DNA of 64,000 nucleotides from Eledone cirrhosa (taxonomy: Eukaryota). The notes beneath the pieces are model-generated. The model saw nothing but the letters and a program-made list of their open reading frames with translations. It was not told the DNA's origin and made no database searches. The stretch lies in assembly GCA_964016885.1 (NCBI GenBank), contig OZ024746.1, forward strand, positions 85,622,001 through 85,686,000. The letters run 5' to 3'. Positions 1 through 13,814 of this stretch are shown here, piece after piece; positions within the stretch are counted from its first letter, which is position 1; every line of letters starts with the position of its first letter. Made by a program: the position numbers and the translations under genes.

Positions 1-3
1 TAG

Positions 4-104
4 ATTATGCTGTCCTCTTCTCCAAGCTTATTGCCAGAACTGCCAAAGATATAGATGTTGTGATTGATTCTCTACCCAGTGAAGAATCATATATGGAATT
101 GCAA
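4..104 (+). CDS. MED21: Mediator complex subunit 21, penultimate coding exon (gene starts upstream of the window)
   Basis: AG acceptor at 2-3 and GTAAGT donor at 105. Translation [33 protein letters not shown] matches the conserved MED21/Srb7 motif [20 protein letters not shown]. Confidence 0.95.
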
Positions 105-948
105 GTAAGTTCAAATAATTTAGACAGTCATAATTTGAATGCAGATCAAACAATACAATCTGATGTGCTGTACCTCCCTTTACACTGTCTACAGGGTGAA
201 TTGGGTTCCTCCTGCCATGTCACCAATATTACCACATTACAGGATGGACTGGATGCTTATTTGTCATGTCACCAGCTTGACCACCTTGGAAGGAGGGCTA
301 GGTACTCTTTAGCTATGTCATCTTACAGGGAGGACTAGGTGCCTTTTTGTCACAACACCAACATGAACACCTTACATGTTGGACTAGAGGCTTTTGTTTT
401 GTCACCAGCATGACCACCTTACAGGGTGGACTGAGTTGATGGGTGTATGCTTTACGATAAAAAAGAAAGCATAGTGAGATGGTCTTTGACTGCAGGTCTG
501 CTCAATTAGGGCTGATTTGAGGCTAAACAACAACATAATATAAACTAGCTAACAAAGGAGCCTCTACATGGTTGCTTGACCCAGTGTAAATAGCAACCAA
601 ATCTTCCTCAAATAACACTCCACTGTCTTAAATAATTAAATAGTATGTGAGACTGTAGCCATGCTCTTAAAAAGATAAAGTTGGTATACTTGTGATCATT
701 GGTCTGCTCATTCAGGGTTGAGTTGGAGCTAAATGAGAAGGAAAGTATAAATTTTATAAAATGTATTTTATTCAACTGTCATAATGTTACCTCTCAACCA
801 TCAACACACATAACTGTTTCTGTAAAAGTCCATAGGTTTCACTGATGAATATTCCAGTTCAGTCAATGGAAATGTTCTATTGAGTTATAGTGTTAGTGGT
901 TTAGTATTCTAGAAACATTTCTACACTGAATATAATCCCTAAGTTTAA

Positions 949-1240
949 CCTCTTCAGTGCCGTAGATGAGATAACTCGTTCTAATGTATATGCATTCCAG
1001 TGCCACGGATAAGATAACTCGTCCTAATATGTTTGAACTCGTTTCCAACAGTTCACACCTTCAAAGCTAGATGATGTTACTAGTTTATTGATTTGACGTT
1101 CATCATTCTTGATGTTTTTCTGCTTTTCTATATAGTTTGAATGATGTTGAAACCTTGTGTTGTTAATAAGTGTTTGTTTAAAAAAAGTCATTTTACTGAA
1201 AAAAACCCAGCTGTGTAAAATATACATGGCAGTCAACAGG
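949..1240. mobile_element. piggyBac-like MITE in the MED21 intron
   Basis: TTAA on both sides (945-948, 1241-1244); imperfect TIRs CCTCTTCAGTGCCGT / ATGGCAGTCAACAGG; internal ~30-bp subterminal direct repeat. Confidence 0.6.
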
Positions 1241-1789
1241 TTAATCAATGCATGACAATGTCACAAGGATGACCCTTTTTGAATTACAGGTGCATTCCAT
1301 ATGATAGGTATCTATACAATTTATTTACCCCAGATGTACTCACAAGGTTTGGGTACATTTAACACTATGGTAGAAGACATTTATTCAAGGCACTATTCAG
1401 TGGGGCCCAAACCCTGGGATCCATCAGAGCAAGGAAAACTTATTAAATGTGGACACAGTATAGCTGAATAGTTGTAAGAGGAGGCCTCTACATAGTCACA
1501 CAACCTGCTAGAAATAGTAGCTAAATCTCCTCCAAATTACACCTTATTGTCTTGAAGAGACAGAAACATTGGATAATGCAGTCTTAGAAATGCTATGTGC
1601 GAGCAAAAGACAGGATGGTCATAAGTAGAATGCTTTTGATCATAGGTTGGCTCACTCAAAAGCTACAGGCATGTTCACTAAACTTTTACTAGTTTTTCCT
1701 ATTATCAAACATATGCAAAATGACGATCCTAACATATTGTTACTTTATTTACTGCTATTTTGTTATATATATTTATTGTGTTGTTACAG

Positions 1790-1957
1790 CTGGCCAGCTT
1801 AAAGAAACTGGAGATAGAAAACCAAGATGCTGCACATAAACTGGAAGAAGTGGTGCATAAAGGGGAACTACTCTTGGATCAAACTCAGCAGGCTTTGCAT
1901 GACATTGCTCAGTCACAACTGAAAAGCCAAGCATTAGAGAGCATATTGTTAAACTGA
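1790..1957 (+). CDS. MED21: Mediator complex subunit 21, last coding exon
   Basis: T-rich tract and TTACAG acceptor ending 1789, in phase with the previous exon. LASLKKLEIENQDAAHKLEEVVHKGELLLDQTQQALHDIAQSQLK... matches the MED21 C-terminal coiled coil; TGA stop at 1955-1957. Confidence 0.95.
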   Translation: MASLKKLEIENQDAAHKLEEVVHKGELLLDQTQQALHDIAQSQLKSQALESILLN

Positions 1958-2004
1958 AACTGATGTTTATCATTATTATGGATGCAAGGAGGTCTGCAGT
2001 GAAT

Positions 2005-2182
2005 ATCAGAATTGATAATACATTGGACAAAATGCCTTCTGACCCGAGTTCAAGTCTCATCGAGGTTCACTTTACCTTTCATCTTTCCTGAGGTTGATAA
2101 AATAAAGTACTAGACTGGAGTTGATTAAATTGACTGTACTCCTCTTCCAACATTTCTGGCTTCATGCCTATGTTAAAAATAA
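2005..2182 (+). mobile_element. Nin/Deu-core SINE in the MED21 3' region
   Basis: GAGTTCAAGTC B-box-like motif followed by GAGGTTCACTTTACCTTTCATCTTTCCTGAGGTTGATAAAATAAAGTAC, the core repeated more than 10 times in the window. Confidence 0.7.
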
Positions 2183-2650
2183 TTTTTCTTTTTTTTTTTT
2201 ATTGGTAGAGAGAGAAGGGAAAAATTTCCCATAACACTGCATGCAAATGATTGTCAAGGTTTGTAGCCAGGCAGTTGTTTCCATTTACAAGATGATGGTG
2301 TATATCTGGCTTCTTCTATGAAGAAATAAATTATATGGAGAACAAAAAATTGGGTTTTTTCTTATTAATTTTTTTAATGCTTTAGTGAGGAGAGGTAAAG
2401 CAGTTCATGTAACTCGTTTCAATGCTTTCAAGATTTTAGGAAGATGAGAAGTTATTCTCAGACCAAAATCCAGGCCTCAATGCTTGTAACAAAGCTGGTG
2501 GTGGTGTTAAATTGGACGCTAAATTAAGTCTACCATCTAAGAACAATCCTATTGATAGGCTTTCATACAGTTGTTTTGGTCTACCAAATTTCACTCACAC
2601 TCAAGGTTATAGAGAAGACAGTTGCCTATGGTTCTGTACTGTGGAAATCA

Positions 2651-2755
2651 AACCTGGTAACCTGTGATGAGAGCTGGGTCTACTGTTATGATCCAGAGAC
2701 CAAGAGACAGAAGGCCAGGCAAAGCAGGTCCACTGGGAAGCTCATGATGATCCCG
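2651..2755 (+). pseudogene. Mariner transposase fragment with internal deletion
   Basis: LVTCDESWVYCYDPETKRQ/KARQSRSTGKLMMI matches the mariner first catalytic motif (TGDESW..YDPETKRQ) and the downstream KARQSRS..K.M segment. Confidence 0.85.
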
Positions 2756-2756
2756 T

Positions 2757-3000
2757 AGGTGTCAATTAAAAAGCACCCAGTCCACACTGTAAAGTGATTG
2801 TGTAGGTGCCACAGTAAAAAGTACTCAGTACTCACGGTAAGTGAGGTTGGTGTTAGGAAGGGCATCCAGCTGTAAAAATCAAGCCAAAATTAGTTCTGTA
2901 TGTACAAGACATGGTCACCTGACCTGGCATTGCCCACAACAGGACAACTGTTCTAACTCATGCTAGTGTGGAAGAATGGGTGTAAAACGGTGATGATGAT
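2757..3000 (+). mobile_element. SINE remnant with RTE-like (GAT)n tail
   Basis: TTAGGAAGGGCATCCAGCTGTAAAA core, 3' end CATGCTAGTGTGGAAGAATGGGTGTAAAACG and (GAT)n; a related tail lies near 3790-3850. Confidence 0.55.
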
Positions 3001-3071
3001 ATGTATGTTAATTTTAGGTTTAATCAATACATATAAAATGTATATTGATAATGTTTCTCAGTAAAAAGCTC

Positions 3072-3077
3072 AATAAA
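3072..3077 (+). terminator. Candidate MED21 polyadenylation signal (AATAAA)
   Basis: AATAAA about 1.1 kb after the stop and outside a SINE; an earlier AATAAA near 2101 is SINE-derived. No transcript evidence. Confidence 0.3.
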
Positions 3078-4834
3078 CGTCTGTTGAGAGCATCTGAAAT
3101 ATATATTTGTAAACAATATAGGATATATCAATTGAGAAACAAAACTAGCATTGTATACATACATATATATTTATATATATATACATATAAAGAGAGAGAG
3201 AGAGAGAAAAGGTGAAGTTGGAAATAGTGCGGAAAATATATTTTTGGGTCTTTTTCTTTTTTTCCCTTTGATTCGTCAAAGTGACATTATTGAGAAAGTG
3301 AGAAGGACAATTCTTTTAAAAAAGAGTTTTATAATGTATATAAAGTATTACCAGTTTCGATGTATTAGTAAAATTCATCTTACCAAATGTTGAGTATTAC
3401 AATTAAAAAGAAGTAATAAGAATTAAAGATTTAAAATTAAGAGGTAAGTTTTTTTCATCTTCCTTGATATGTAGATTTAAATACAAGTTTAAAGCCATAC
3501 TCTTAGGTGTTAGAATATTGTTGTACTCATATAATGAGTATGCTGTACTTCCATAGATAGATCCATTCCTGAGAATCAGGTACACATATAGTGTATATAT
3601 ATATATTGTGCAAGAGAGAAGACTGTTGGTATGGCCATGTTATGTGCACAGAAGATGGCAGCTGCATAAAGAAATGTAAAGAACCCCAAATGGCCAGGAC
3701 GCATGGAACATAAAACCATACATAAGTGAGACACAAATCCCTGGCTTGTTTGGGAGATCAGTTACTTCGCTTGAGTACTGACTATGGATCCATCCAACTC
3801 TTGCTAGCAGGGAAAGTGAAGTTAAAACGACAATGATGAGGATGATGATATAGTTATGGTCTATTCATCTCAGCAATTAACAGAGGAAGAACTTAGTATT
3901 TATAGTAAAGTAAACATATAAGTATATTCATTTTCTTTGCTATGTTTCAGCAAAGTATAGCTTGTACAGCCTACACCTTTGTACATTCTCTTTATCAGCT
4001 TTCGACTGGAAATCTCAGTATTTTTAGCACCTCCCAACTTTATATTCAAGCTTGACTGAAGTCTGATCAAGCTAAATATAAAAAAAATATCATATAAATC
4101 TTGATGATAACTATTTATACGATAATTAAAGGGTCAAAGCATGATATTTTGTTTTTAAATCCTGGTTAACTGATCCACAATTTTCAAATTTAGTGAAAGA
4201 AAAATAACTCATATCAATAGGACTTTGATTTTTTTTAGGAAGGAGGAAATGAAGTAGTATCGAACTGGAGACCTGGTCCAAAATGTTTGCATCAGAGTGG
4301 ACTCTGCTCAAGACACATAAGAGTTGGGTGCGACCTAAAATACGATACCGCATCTATTTCAGTTATAAAAGGGAAACTGTAATAAACTAAAAATCGCAAC
4401 AAATTCTCAATGTTTTTTCTTGAAGCAAAATAAAACTATAATTACGGTTAGCATTTTAAGCTTGTCATGTAAATATTTGTAGCATCAATCATTTAGAAGT
4501 TAATAACAGAATTCCTCAGTTGTAGCCTGATTTGAAACGGCACAGAAGAAAATGCCTGACACTTAAAAAAAAAAAAATGGCATCTCCGTATCCTTACTGA
4601 AAGAAATTAAAGACGAGATCAGTTCTCCTTGATTTGGAACCTGTCAAGTGATATTGCTTGTGGAAGATCTATGTGAGTGTGTGCGTTCGTTGGATACAAT
4701 AACAGTCAAAATAAAATGTTATTAGTTTTTAGATCTAATTCCAGTTACAAAACTATTTAGGAGACTGGGGTCGGTGAGGGGATCAAAGATTTCATGAACG
4801 AGTCGATGGTCGAAAACGTTTGGGAATCACTGCA

Positions 4835-5047
4835 GTATTGGCAGTATAGGTAGAACGTCAGACACCTTGCTGTGTAGCATAGAGTTATGGCCCTTTGCGT
4901 TCCGAGTTCAAACCCTGCCGAGGTTAGTTTTGCCTTTCATCCTTATGGGGTCGATAAAATAAAGTACCAGTAATGTGGTGGGGCCGATTTAATCAACTTT
5001 CCCCCTCCCCCCAAACTGCTGGCCTTGTGCTTATAGAAGAAATCATT
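4835..5047 (+). mobile_element. Nin/Deu-core SINE
   Basis: GAGTTCAAACCCTGCCGAGGTTAGTTTTGCCTTTCATCCTTATGGGGTCGATAAAATAAAGTACCAG core and GCTGGCCTTGTGC tail. Confidence 0.8.
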
Positions 5048-6324
5048 ATACTGTCACTTAAACATACTATTAGTATTTTTTTATATAACAATAACCATAT
5101 TTACCTTATATTCATTATAACTATTTTCAATTACTGGAGGAGGTTGTTGCAATAAAGGTTATTCACGAAAGCACTCCGACAGAATGATACCGGACATTAG
5201 AAATTCTTTAGTGCCATTTAGTTTGTTTCATCTCTTTTTCTCCTATTTTTTTATTTTTTTTATTTTTTTTTTTAAATGAAAAACCACGATGGCTGGATTC
5301 TCTTTGTACATGATTAAACCTAAATTTTTGCTATTTGTTATTCATAAGGTTAGATTTAGGCACGGATTCGAAACCCATATTCTATTATATTGATAAAGAT
5401 TAAGCCCGACTCAGTTCAGGGGCCTTTATGGTTTAGTCCCTCGGCACGAGATATTTTAAGCTATCATATTTGTCACAATCGTATCCATTACTTGTGGGAA
5501 AATTGTTAGTGTTGTCTTGCTTAATTTTACTGGCATATACTTTGTTCATAGAAATTCGCAAGCTAATACTGCTTTTGATCATAGATCTGCTTAATCGATG
5601 TATCACCTCCCAAGTAAGACCTAGTTAAAACCAGACAGAAGCAAAACATGTTTCTCAGTCGAATCTTTCAACCGAGGTTCACGTTACGATCATTTCGTCT
5701 TCTTTTCTACCATATTATATTCAGGATTATTGTATCTACTTTAGTACTACATTTTAAAGACGGCTGAGTAAATACTGAGGAGGATTTGCTGCTAATTACA
5801 GCAGGTCAAGTAGTTACGTGGAGACACTTTCTGTGTCTCGAGAGGTCAGTAACAACTAAGGTACAAATCAAGCATGTCATGAGTTGTCAGTCATTTTATA
5901 AATGTTTTACGTTAGTGAATAAATGATTTGAACTCGCTGAAGCAAGAAGCGCAAATTACAAAACTACACTACACTGGTTCAACAAAATAACTTGCTTTGA
6001 CCGTACGGTCATCAGAGTAACTTCCCTTATTAAAGTTTCCTCCCTTATCTGCTTTAAACCAAAATGCGTATGAATGACATTCAGCAAAATCTCCCTCATT
6101 ATAGCTGGGGATTTTATAATTTTTGTCTAAAGTTTACATGGAGTACTCTTTTACTCTTTTACCTGTGCCAGCCGACTGGCTGAGGCCATTCTGGGGGACT
6201 TTATTTATGAAGAATATCCTTACCGCTTTTATTACATACGTTAAACAAGTGTTTAGTTAATGATGAGGGCGATGACTTTTACAAAATTCTGACCCTCCTC
6301 TCTCTCAACAAACAACATTTTGTC

Positions 6325-6492
6325 TACTTTAGGCACAATGCCAGAAATAACCCAGTAGATTACTGGTACTTTATTTATCGACCCCGTAAGGATGAAAGGC
6401 AAAGTTTACCTCGGCGGGATTTGAACTCAGACTGTAAAGGGACGCAACTATGCTAGAAAGCATGGCGTCCAACCCTCTACCGATACTGCCAA
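6325..6492 (-). mobile_element. Nin/Deu-core SINE
   Basis: Reverse complement of the same core (CTGGTACTTTATTTATCGACCCCGTAAGGATGAAAGGCAAAG...GGATTTGAACTC). Confidence 0.8.
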
Positions 6493-6659
6493 AATGTTCC
6501 TTTTCTCTCTTGACGCCCCTCTCACTCTCTATATCATGAGGGTGACGTCGTAACAGTCTGTCTATCTACCTCTTTCTGGTCACCTCGAAAACACGGCCTT
6601 CTTTCTCTCTCTATGTACATATCTCTCGTTTGACGCCCCCTCTCTATATATATATAGTC

Positions 6660-7430
6660 CCCTTCTTACCCCTTCCCCCATTTCCCCTTTTCACCTTATT
6701 TCCCCCATCTTTCCCCGTCTCTCCCTTCGTTTCCCCCTTTTCCCCCTCTTCCCCTGCGACCCCCCCCCCCCTTTCCTCCTCATGTCCCCCTCTTTTCTCT
6801 TCTTTCCACACACTTTTACCTGCTTTACTCTCCTGCACTTCAAGCTCTCTTTTCGTCCTTACTCTCCTTACTCTTCTAATTCGTCTTACTCTCCTTTTCT
6901 CCTTGCTCTCCTTTTCTCCCTACTCTCCTTTTCTTCTTACTCTCTTTTTCTCTTGTTCTCCTCTTTTTCGCTCTCATTTTCTTCTTTCTCTCCTATTTCT
7001 CCTTGCTCTCCCCTTTCTCCTTATTCTTCTAATTCTCCTTGCTCTCCTTTTCGATGTTGTTCTCCTTTTCTCCTTGCTCTCCTTTTCTTCGCTCTCATTT
7101 TCTTCTTACTCCCCTTTCTTCTTACTCTCCTATTTCTCCTTGCTCTTCTTTTCTCCTAACTCTCCTTTTCTCCTTACTCTCCTTGCTCTCATTACTCTCT
7201 TTGCCCCCTTCCCTTCCACTTCTCCCTGCATTTCATTCCCTTCCTCACTCTCCTCCGCCTTTTTCTCCTTTCACCCTCTTTCTCACTTTCCCTCCTGTTT
7301 CCTTTCTTTCTACTTCTTCCTCTCCTTCCCCTCTTTCCTCTCTTTCGCCTTCTGTACCTATCATTTCCCCCTCTTACACCCCCCACATTTCCGTCTCTTT
7401 CCCCTTTCCACCTCTCCCCCCTTTCCCCAT
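6660..7430. repeat. Polypyrimidine low-complexity tract with internal degenerate repeats
   Basis: Almost pure C/T with recurring CTCCTTGCTCTCC and CTTACTCTCC units. Confidence 0.8.
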
Positions 7431-7779
7431 CTGGGATCGAACCGGGAAACTCATGGTTGCAAAGTGAATTGTTTAACACTGTAGTGCTGGTAGTACGACA
7501 CGAACTACTGACCTTCGGTAATTGGACAGACACTCTCACTGTTTGTCTATTGCCAAATAGTGCTTTCTTTATATGCATACGTGTACATATGTGTATATGC
7601 GAAAGGTTGACTCTGACTCTGTGTGTGTATTGTGTGTGTATGTGTGTGTACGTGTGTGTATGTATGTGTATGTATGTGTATGTATGTGTATGTATTGGAA
7701 AATTTGGGATCTTTTTGGTTTTCTTGTTTTGTTCTTTTCTTAAGTCAACAGAGATCTGGTGTCGCTAACATGATTCTGA

Positions 7780-7840
<61 letters not shown>

Positions 7841-7995
7841 GTATATATATATATGTATATATATATATATGTGTTATATGTATATATATGTATATATATA
7901 TATATATGTTTATATATATGTATATATGTATATGTATATATATGTATATATATATATGTATATATATGTATATATATATAGATATATGTATATAA

Positions 7996-8068
<73 letters not shown>

Positions 8069-8116
8069 TATATATATATATATATATATATACACTATAT
8101 ATATATATATATATAC

Positions 8117-8172
<56 letters not shown>

Positions 8173-8880
8173 AATAGTCTTTCAGGGTGATATATATATA
8201 TATATATGTGTATGTGTATGTGTGTGTGTGTGTGTGTGGAGTCACGTGTAGTTTGGCTGCTGCGGTCTATCTTGACCATTCCATCATTACATTGTCTTCC
8301 TGTCTTTTTCTTCACATTTTCTTTCTCTCTATCTTAGATCTAATTCGTTTGCTTTCTCTTCATCTCCTTCAATGTGACCCCCCCCCCCCACCAACGCCTC
8401 TCCACCTCTCGTTGCCCCCCCCTCTTTCCTGATCTTCTTATACTACGGCCAGTTTAATAAGCCAACCGCCAGCTGCAACACCATCGGTAGAAGCAGTAGC
8501 AGCCGGTGGTCTTAGAACGGATGCAGAATGACAGAGCAACGAAGATGTTAGATTTTAGCTGAGTGCGCTTCATAAGAATCACCGTTCTCTGGTCAAACAC
8601 CCAGAGAACGGTGATTCTTATGAGGATGGTTTAGTGAGGAGTGGTGCTGACGTTTAATATTGGAGGAGGAGGAGGCGAGGCGGGTTTGCTAAACCAGAAG
8701 AAGGAGGATGAGGAGGAGGAGAAAATGGACAGACCGATAATATTCAAGGAGCCAGAATGATGTAAGCAGTTATGAACAGGTTGGGGTGGCTTAGCGATCA
8801 GCAAACAAAACGAGATAGGAAGTGTTATCGCTTAGGGAATGTCTCTTATGACCTTCTCAAGATTTACTTTGGTGTGTGCC

Positions 8881-8956
<76 letters not shown>

Positions 8957-9749
8957 ATGTTAGTGTGTGTGTACTCAGTGCCGTCATAGACAATGGTTTG
9001 GTTTCTGATTTAGGCACAAAGCCAACAATTTGGTGGAGTGGAAAGTCAATTAAGTCGACTCCAGAGCGTTACTGGTATTTTATTTTATCGAGCCCGTCGA
9101 CATCAAACGAAAGACTCTAAGCGGAAATAGCAGCCAAATATACCCCAAATTACAACCTTCCGTCTTTTAAAAAGAAGGAAACATTGAACGATGTAGTTTC
9201 CTTAGATATGCAAGAAGACAGGACGGACATGGATGGAAGACTTTTGATTATAAGGCTGATGAGAGATGACTTCATAATAAAAAGGACACACTGGACAATA
9301 ATATACAAAAAGATGGGATGGTTATGGCTGGAATATTCGTTATCAAAGGCCCGCTCAAATAGTGCTGACCAGGAGCTTTTAACTAGCCTTTAACTTCATC
9401 AATGTCACTCCCAGATGAAGGCAACATAGCAAAATACTAGACATTTCACCTTCCTCGCGAAAACCAGTCTTGACCTGTTTATGAAATGAGTTTATCTGAT
9501 AAGTTGACATCCGAATAGCATATAGTATGATGTCATTTTAGCAAAATTATATGCCTTGCATATAGCCAAGATTACGTAACTACGGAAGCCCAATCAAAAT
9601 ATGGAAGGTACAAAATGTATATCACGTAGTAAAATAAGGGAAATATAATCTGTCACAATTCCTGTGAGACATATCTAATATGTAGATATGTAGGCATCAT
9701 ATTTTTCAATTTACAAGGAAATTCGTATTTTCTGGTATTTTATATGTGT

Positions 9750-9792
<43 letters not shown>

Positions 9793-9909
9793 AGGGAATG
9801 TAACACAGAGCTACTGTAGGTTCGCGTCAGTATCGAGGTGTAGAGCTAGACAGAGTGTAATATAATAATACAAGGACATATGGTTACTCCTTCATTACGT
9901 TTATTGGTT

Positions 9910-9994
9910 GGTGACGTGCGTTTCGCTTCTGATTAGCTCAAGATTCGATCTGTATCGATCTGGTCCGACTCTGGAATCAAAAGCTCGTCGGACC
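9910..9994 (-). ncRNA. Type I hammerhead variant, family A (U4C core, long stem II insert)
   Basis: Minus strand: GGU-CCGACGA-GCUUUUGAUU[~40 nt]AAUCAGAAGC-GAAAC-GCAC-GUC-ACC, with AAUAAA just downstream. Confidence 0.65.
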
Positions 9995-10863
9995 TCTGTA
10001 CTAGTAATGACAGAATGAATATACATTATATATATATATATATATATATATGATAACTGCCACTTCTATACAGAAGAAGACTATCACTTCAACGCTGTGC
10101 TGAACGACATGGGTCCGCGAATGCCTCACCCCTACATACCCTTTTACAGATATAAGACACGCAAGACTCTCGGCTAGTCCTGAATGTGACTTGGTTTTGA
10201 ATAAGCAGTTGGGCAGGGCATCTAACAGTTTTTCTCTGTTGGTTGTATTAGATCGCCGCAGAACAACACAACGGTGCAGGTGTAAGTAACTACCACTTAA
10301 TGTTCAAAATATGCCTTAGGCATGTGTGTATGTTTGTGTAAGTGTGTATATATATATATATATATATATAAATATATATATAAACAATATACCCACAATA
10401 GAATACATAAACACAGAATAAATATTTGGGTTTTTGAGTTCCGGAAGCAGATAATACCATCTAACCTCGAACATACCTTCTATGCAAAACGAATACAAAC
10501 TAGGAGGCATCAGTCTGGTTTCTTGACCTACAAGAAACAGCAATCAAGTCATCCTTAAATCACAGCCTAATATTTAAAAAAAGGAAAGGCATATTGTATA
10601 ACGTAGTCCAAGATACAATATCTGAAAATAGGACGAGATGACATGAAGATAAACAATCAGAAAAATAACCATATAACATGTTATCATTATGGTAGGTTGC
10701 ATACTACAAGTTCACAGTTCAATAACGTTGAGAAAAGAGAGTAAGTGTTGTTGTTAAGCTTTGTGATTATGATTGTTTTGTGAAAACTGGTACACAGAGT
10801 AAAGTATGAAAAGCAAAACAAAACAACACTTTACACTTTTACACACAAACACACACACAAACT

Positions 10864-10947
<84 letters not shown>

Positions 10948-10995
10948 AAGAATTATAAGCCAAGAGGTTAACATTAACTTCGTTTATTCATAGTC

Positions 10996-11054
10996 GCTGT
11001 TATATATATTTCGGTGATAACTTTTATACAACAGTTATGACCTCATCAGACAGC
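10996..11054 (-). ncRNA. Type I hammerhead ribozyme, family B
   Basis: Minus strand: GCUGU-CUGAUGA-GGUCAUAACU...AGUUAUCACC-GAAAU-AUAU-AUA-ACAGC. Canonical core, 5-bp stem I, palindromic stem III, AAUAAA downstream. Confidence 0.9.
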
Positions 11055-11247
11055 TAGAGCTTGAACAGAAAAAAAACCGAAAAACACAAAGATGAAATAT
11101 ACCTTACTTCTGTTGATTCGAATCATTGATATGCTCCGGGCTGGAAGTTGGTGTGGCTTTCTCAGGGCTCCAGTAGTATATATATATATATATATATAGT
11201 AATAATAATAAATGTGAAGACTAAAATCCGAATAGGGCTCGATAAGG

Positions 11248-11303
<56 letters not shown>

Positions 11304-11560
11304 TTTAAAGTCCGAAGAGTTTCAGAAGATCCCGTTAAGGGTAAATGCAGCGATTCTTTGCTTAAACTTTAATCTGTTATTTTAATATATATATGTATAT
11401 TATATGAATAAGATCTCAACACAAATGCATGGTACCTATACTGGTTGAAGTTTGAAACCTTAGGTAGCATGCATTTGTGTTGAGATCTTATTCATATATT
11501 TTGGCTCTGTACATTACAGGCACATTTTTCCTTGATTTATTTCTTTGGAAACTCTTGGCA

Positions 11561-11639
<79 letters not shown>

Positions 11640-12261
11640 AACACACTATAATAAAAGGTTAACGGGACTAGGATAAGGTTTCCCTGCTAGTACCGGTTAC
11701 ATCTCAGCGTACTCAATAGGTAAAGTTGTGTATAAATCCCAGAAGTACCATCGTCGATATGATTGATTAAAAACATTTAAGGCGATTCCTAAACATGGCC
11801 GCTGTCCAATCAAAGTCTTCTTTATCGCTATAACCATTTATGGTCACTTTTATGGTCACTTTTATTTTCATTACCATCATCACCACTAACACCCTTACCA
11901 TCTTTATTTCTTTATCTATTTATCTTCTTTTATTTTTAATATAGTTTTCTCTGCAAATCACTTTAAATTAGTTCTATTAAGTGGTACTGTATTATCTGAC
12001 CAGTCATCGAACTTGGACTTACAGTTTCAATTAAGTATGTTTACATATAGCAATCATACTTTGAATACTTTAATCTAAATCGATACACAATGTGCCCTTG
12101 ATTAGTACGCACCTTGATATATATATATATATATATATGTGTGTATATATGTGTGTGCGCGCGTGTGTGTGCGTGCGTGTGTATATATATATATATATAT
12201 GTATGTATATATGTATGTATATATATATATATATATTATTATGTAAATATGTATGCGTGTG

Positions 12262-12321
<60 letters not shown>

Positions 12322-12388
12322 TACATATTTACATAATAATATATATATATGCATATATATATGAATATATGTATAAATATATGTATAA

Positions 12389-12638
<250 letters not shown>

Positions 12639-13547
12639 TTTATTATATTAATATATTATATACATAGTCTAAGTTGTTTGAAGTAGATGTTATTTGCTTA
12701 AAAATATCATTATACACACGCGCGCGCACACTTATAATAACCTTGCCTTAATTTCGCCGTGGTGGTTGCCATGGCATCAGGCTTGCCCTAGCGGCGAAAC
12801 TACATTGAAAAAATGAAGATAAAAGAGAAAATTATAGGAAAAATGTAAACGACGCCATTTAGGTAGGTCTTCGGATATTTTACATGTGAACCAGCTATGT
12901 ACATATACACCCACACACATACACCCCACACATACACATACACACGTACATTTACACTCACACACTCACACACACACACACACACATACGCATACACTCA
13001 CATCACACGTACACTCACACTACGCACACATTCACTCATACACACGCACACACACACACACGTACACATACTCATACACTCACACTACACATACACTCAC
13101 ACTACGCACACACACACACACGCATACACTCACATACACACACTCATACACATACACACACACTCACACACATACACACTTACACTTACACTCACACACA
13201 CCCACATCCACACACACACACTTACACTTACACACTCACCCATATATATATATACAATATGTTGAAAAGGTACCACACTAGAGAGAGAGAGTGTGCCATC
13301 AATAAAACAGGGAAACCCACCAGTGTATGGAATCTATAATCTATGGAAGACAAGGTAGACACACAATAATTAAAAATATAAATTAAAATGTATATATGCA
13401 CCTCTATAACTATATAACACACGCGTACAAATCCAAAGAGATCTGTTTCGCCAGTAAGTTGTTGACTGAAATGGAATAGCCTATGGTTCATCAGCGCGTG
13501 CAAGACTATACATTCCAGACAATTCTAAGAGAATCTAAATATATATG

Positions 13548-13814
<267 letters not shown>

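Noticed and set aside
60-338. 92-aa ORF as a complete gene
   Set aside because: Only 60-104 is MED21 exon; the rest reads through the GTAAGT donor into the intron.
842-880. CTGATGA in the MED21 intron as a hammerhead
   Set aside because: The downstream GAAA overlaps the would-be stem II and there is no stem I or III.
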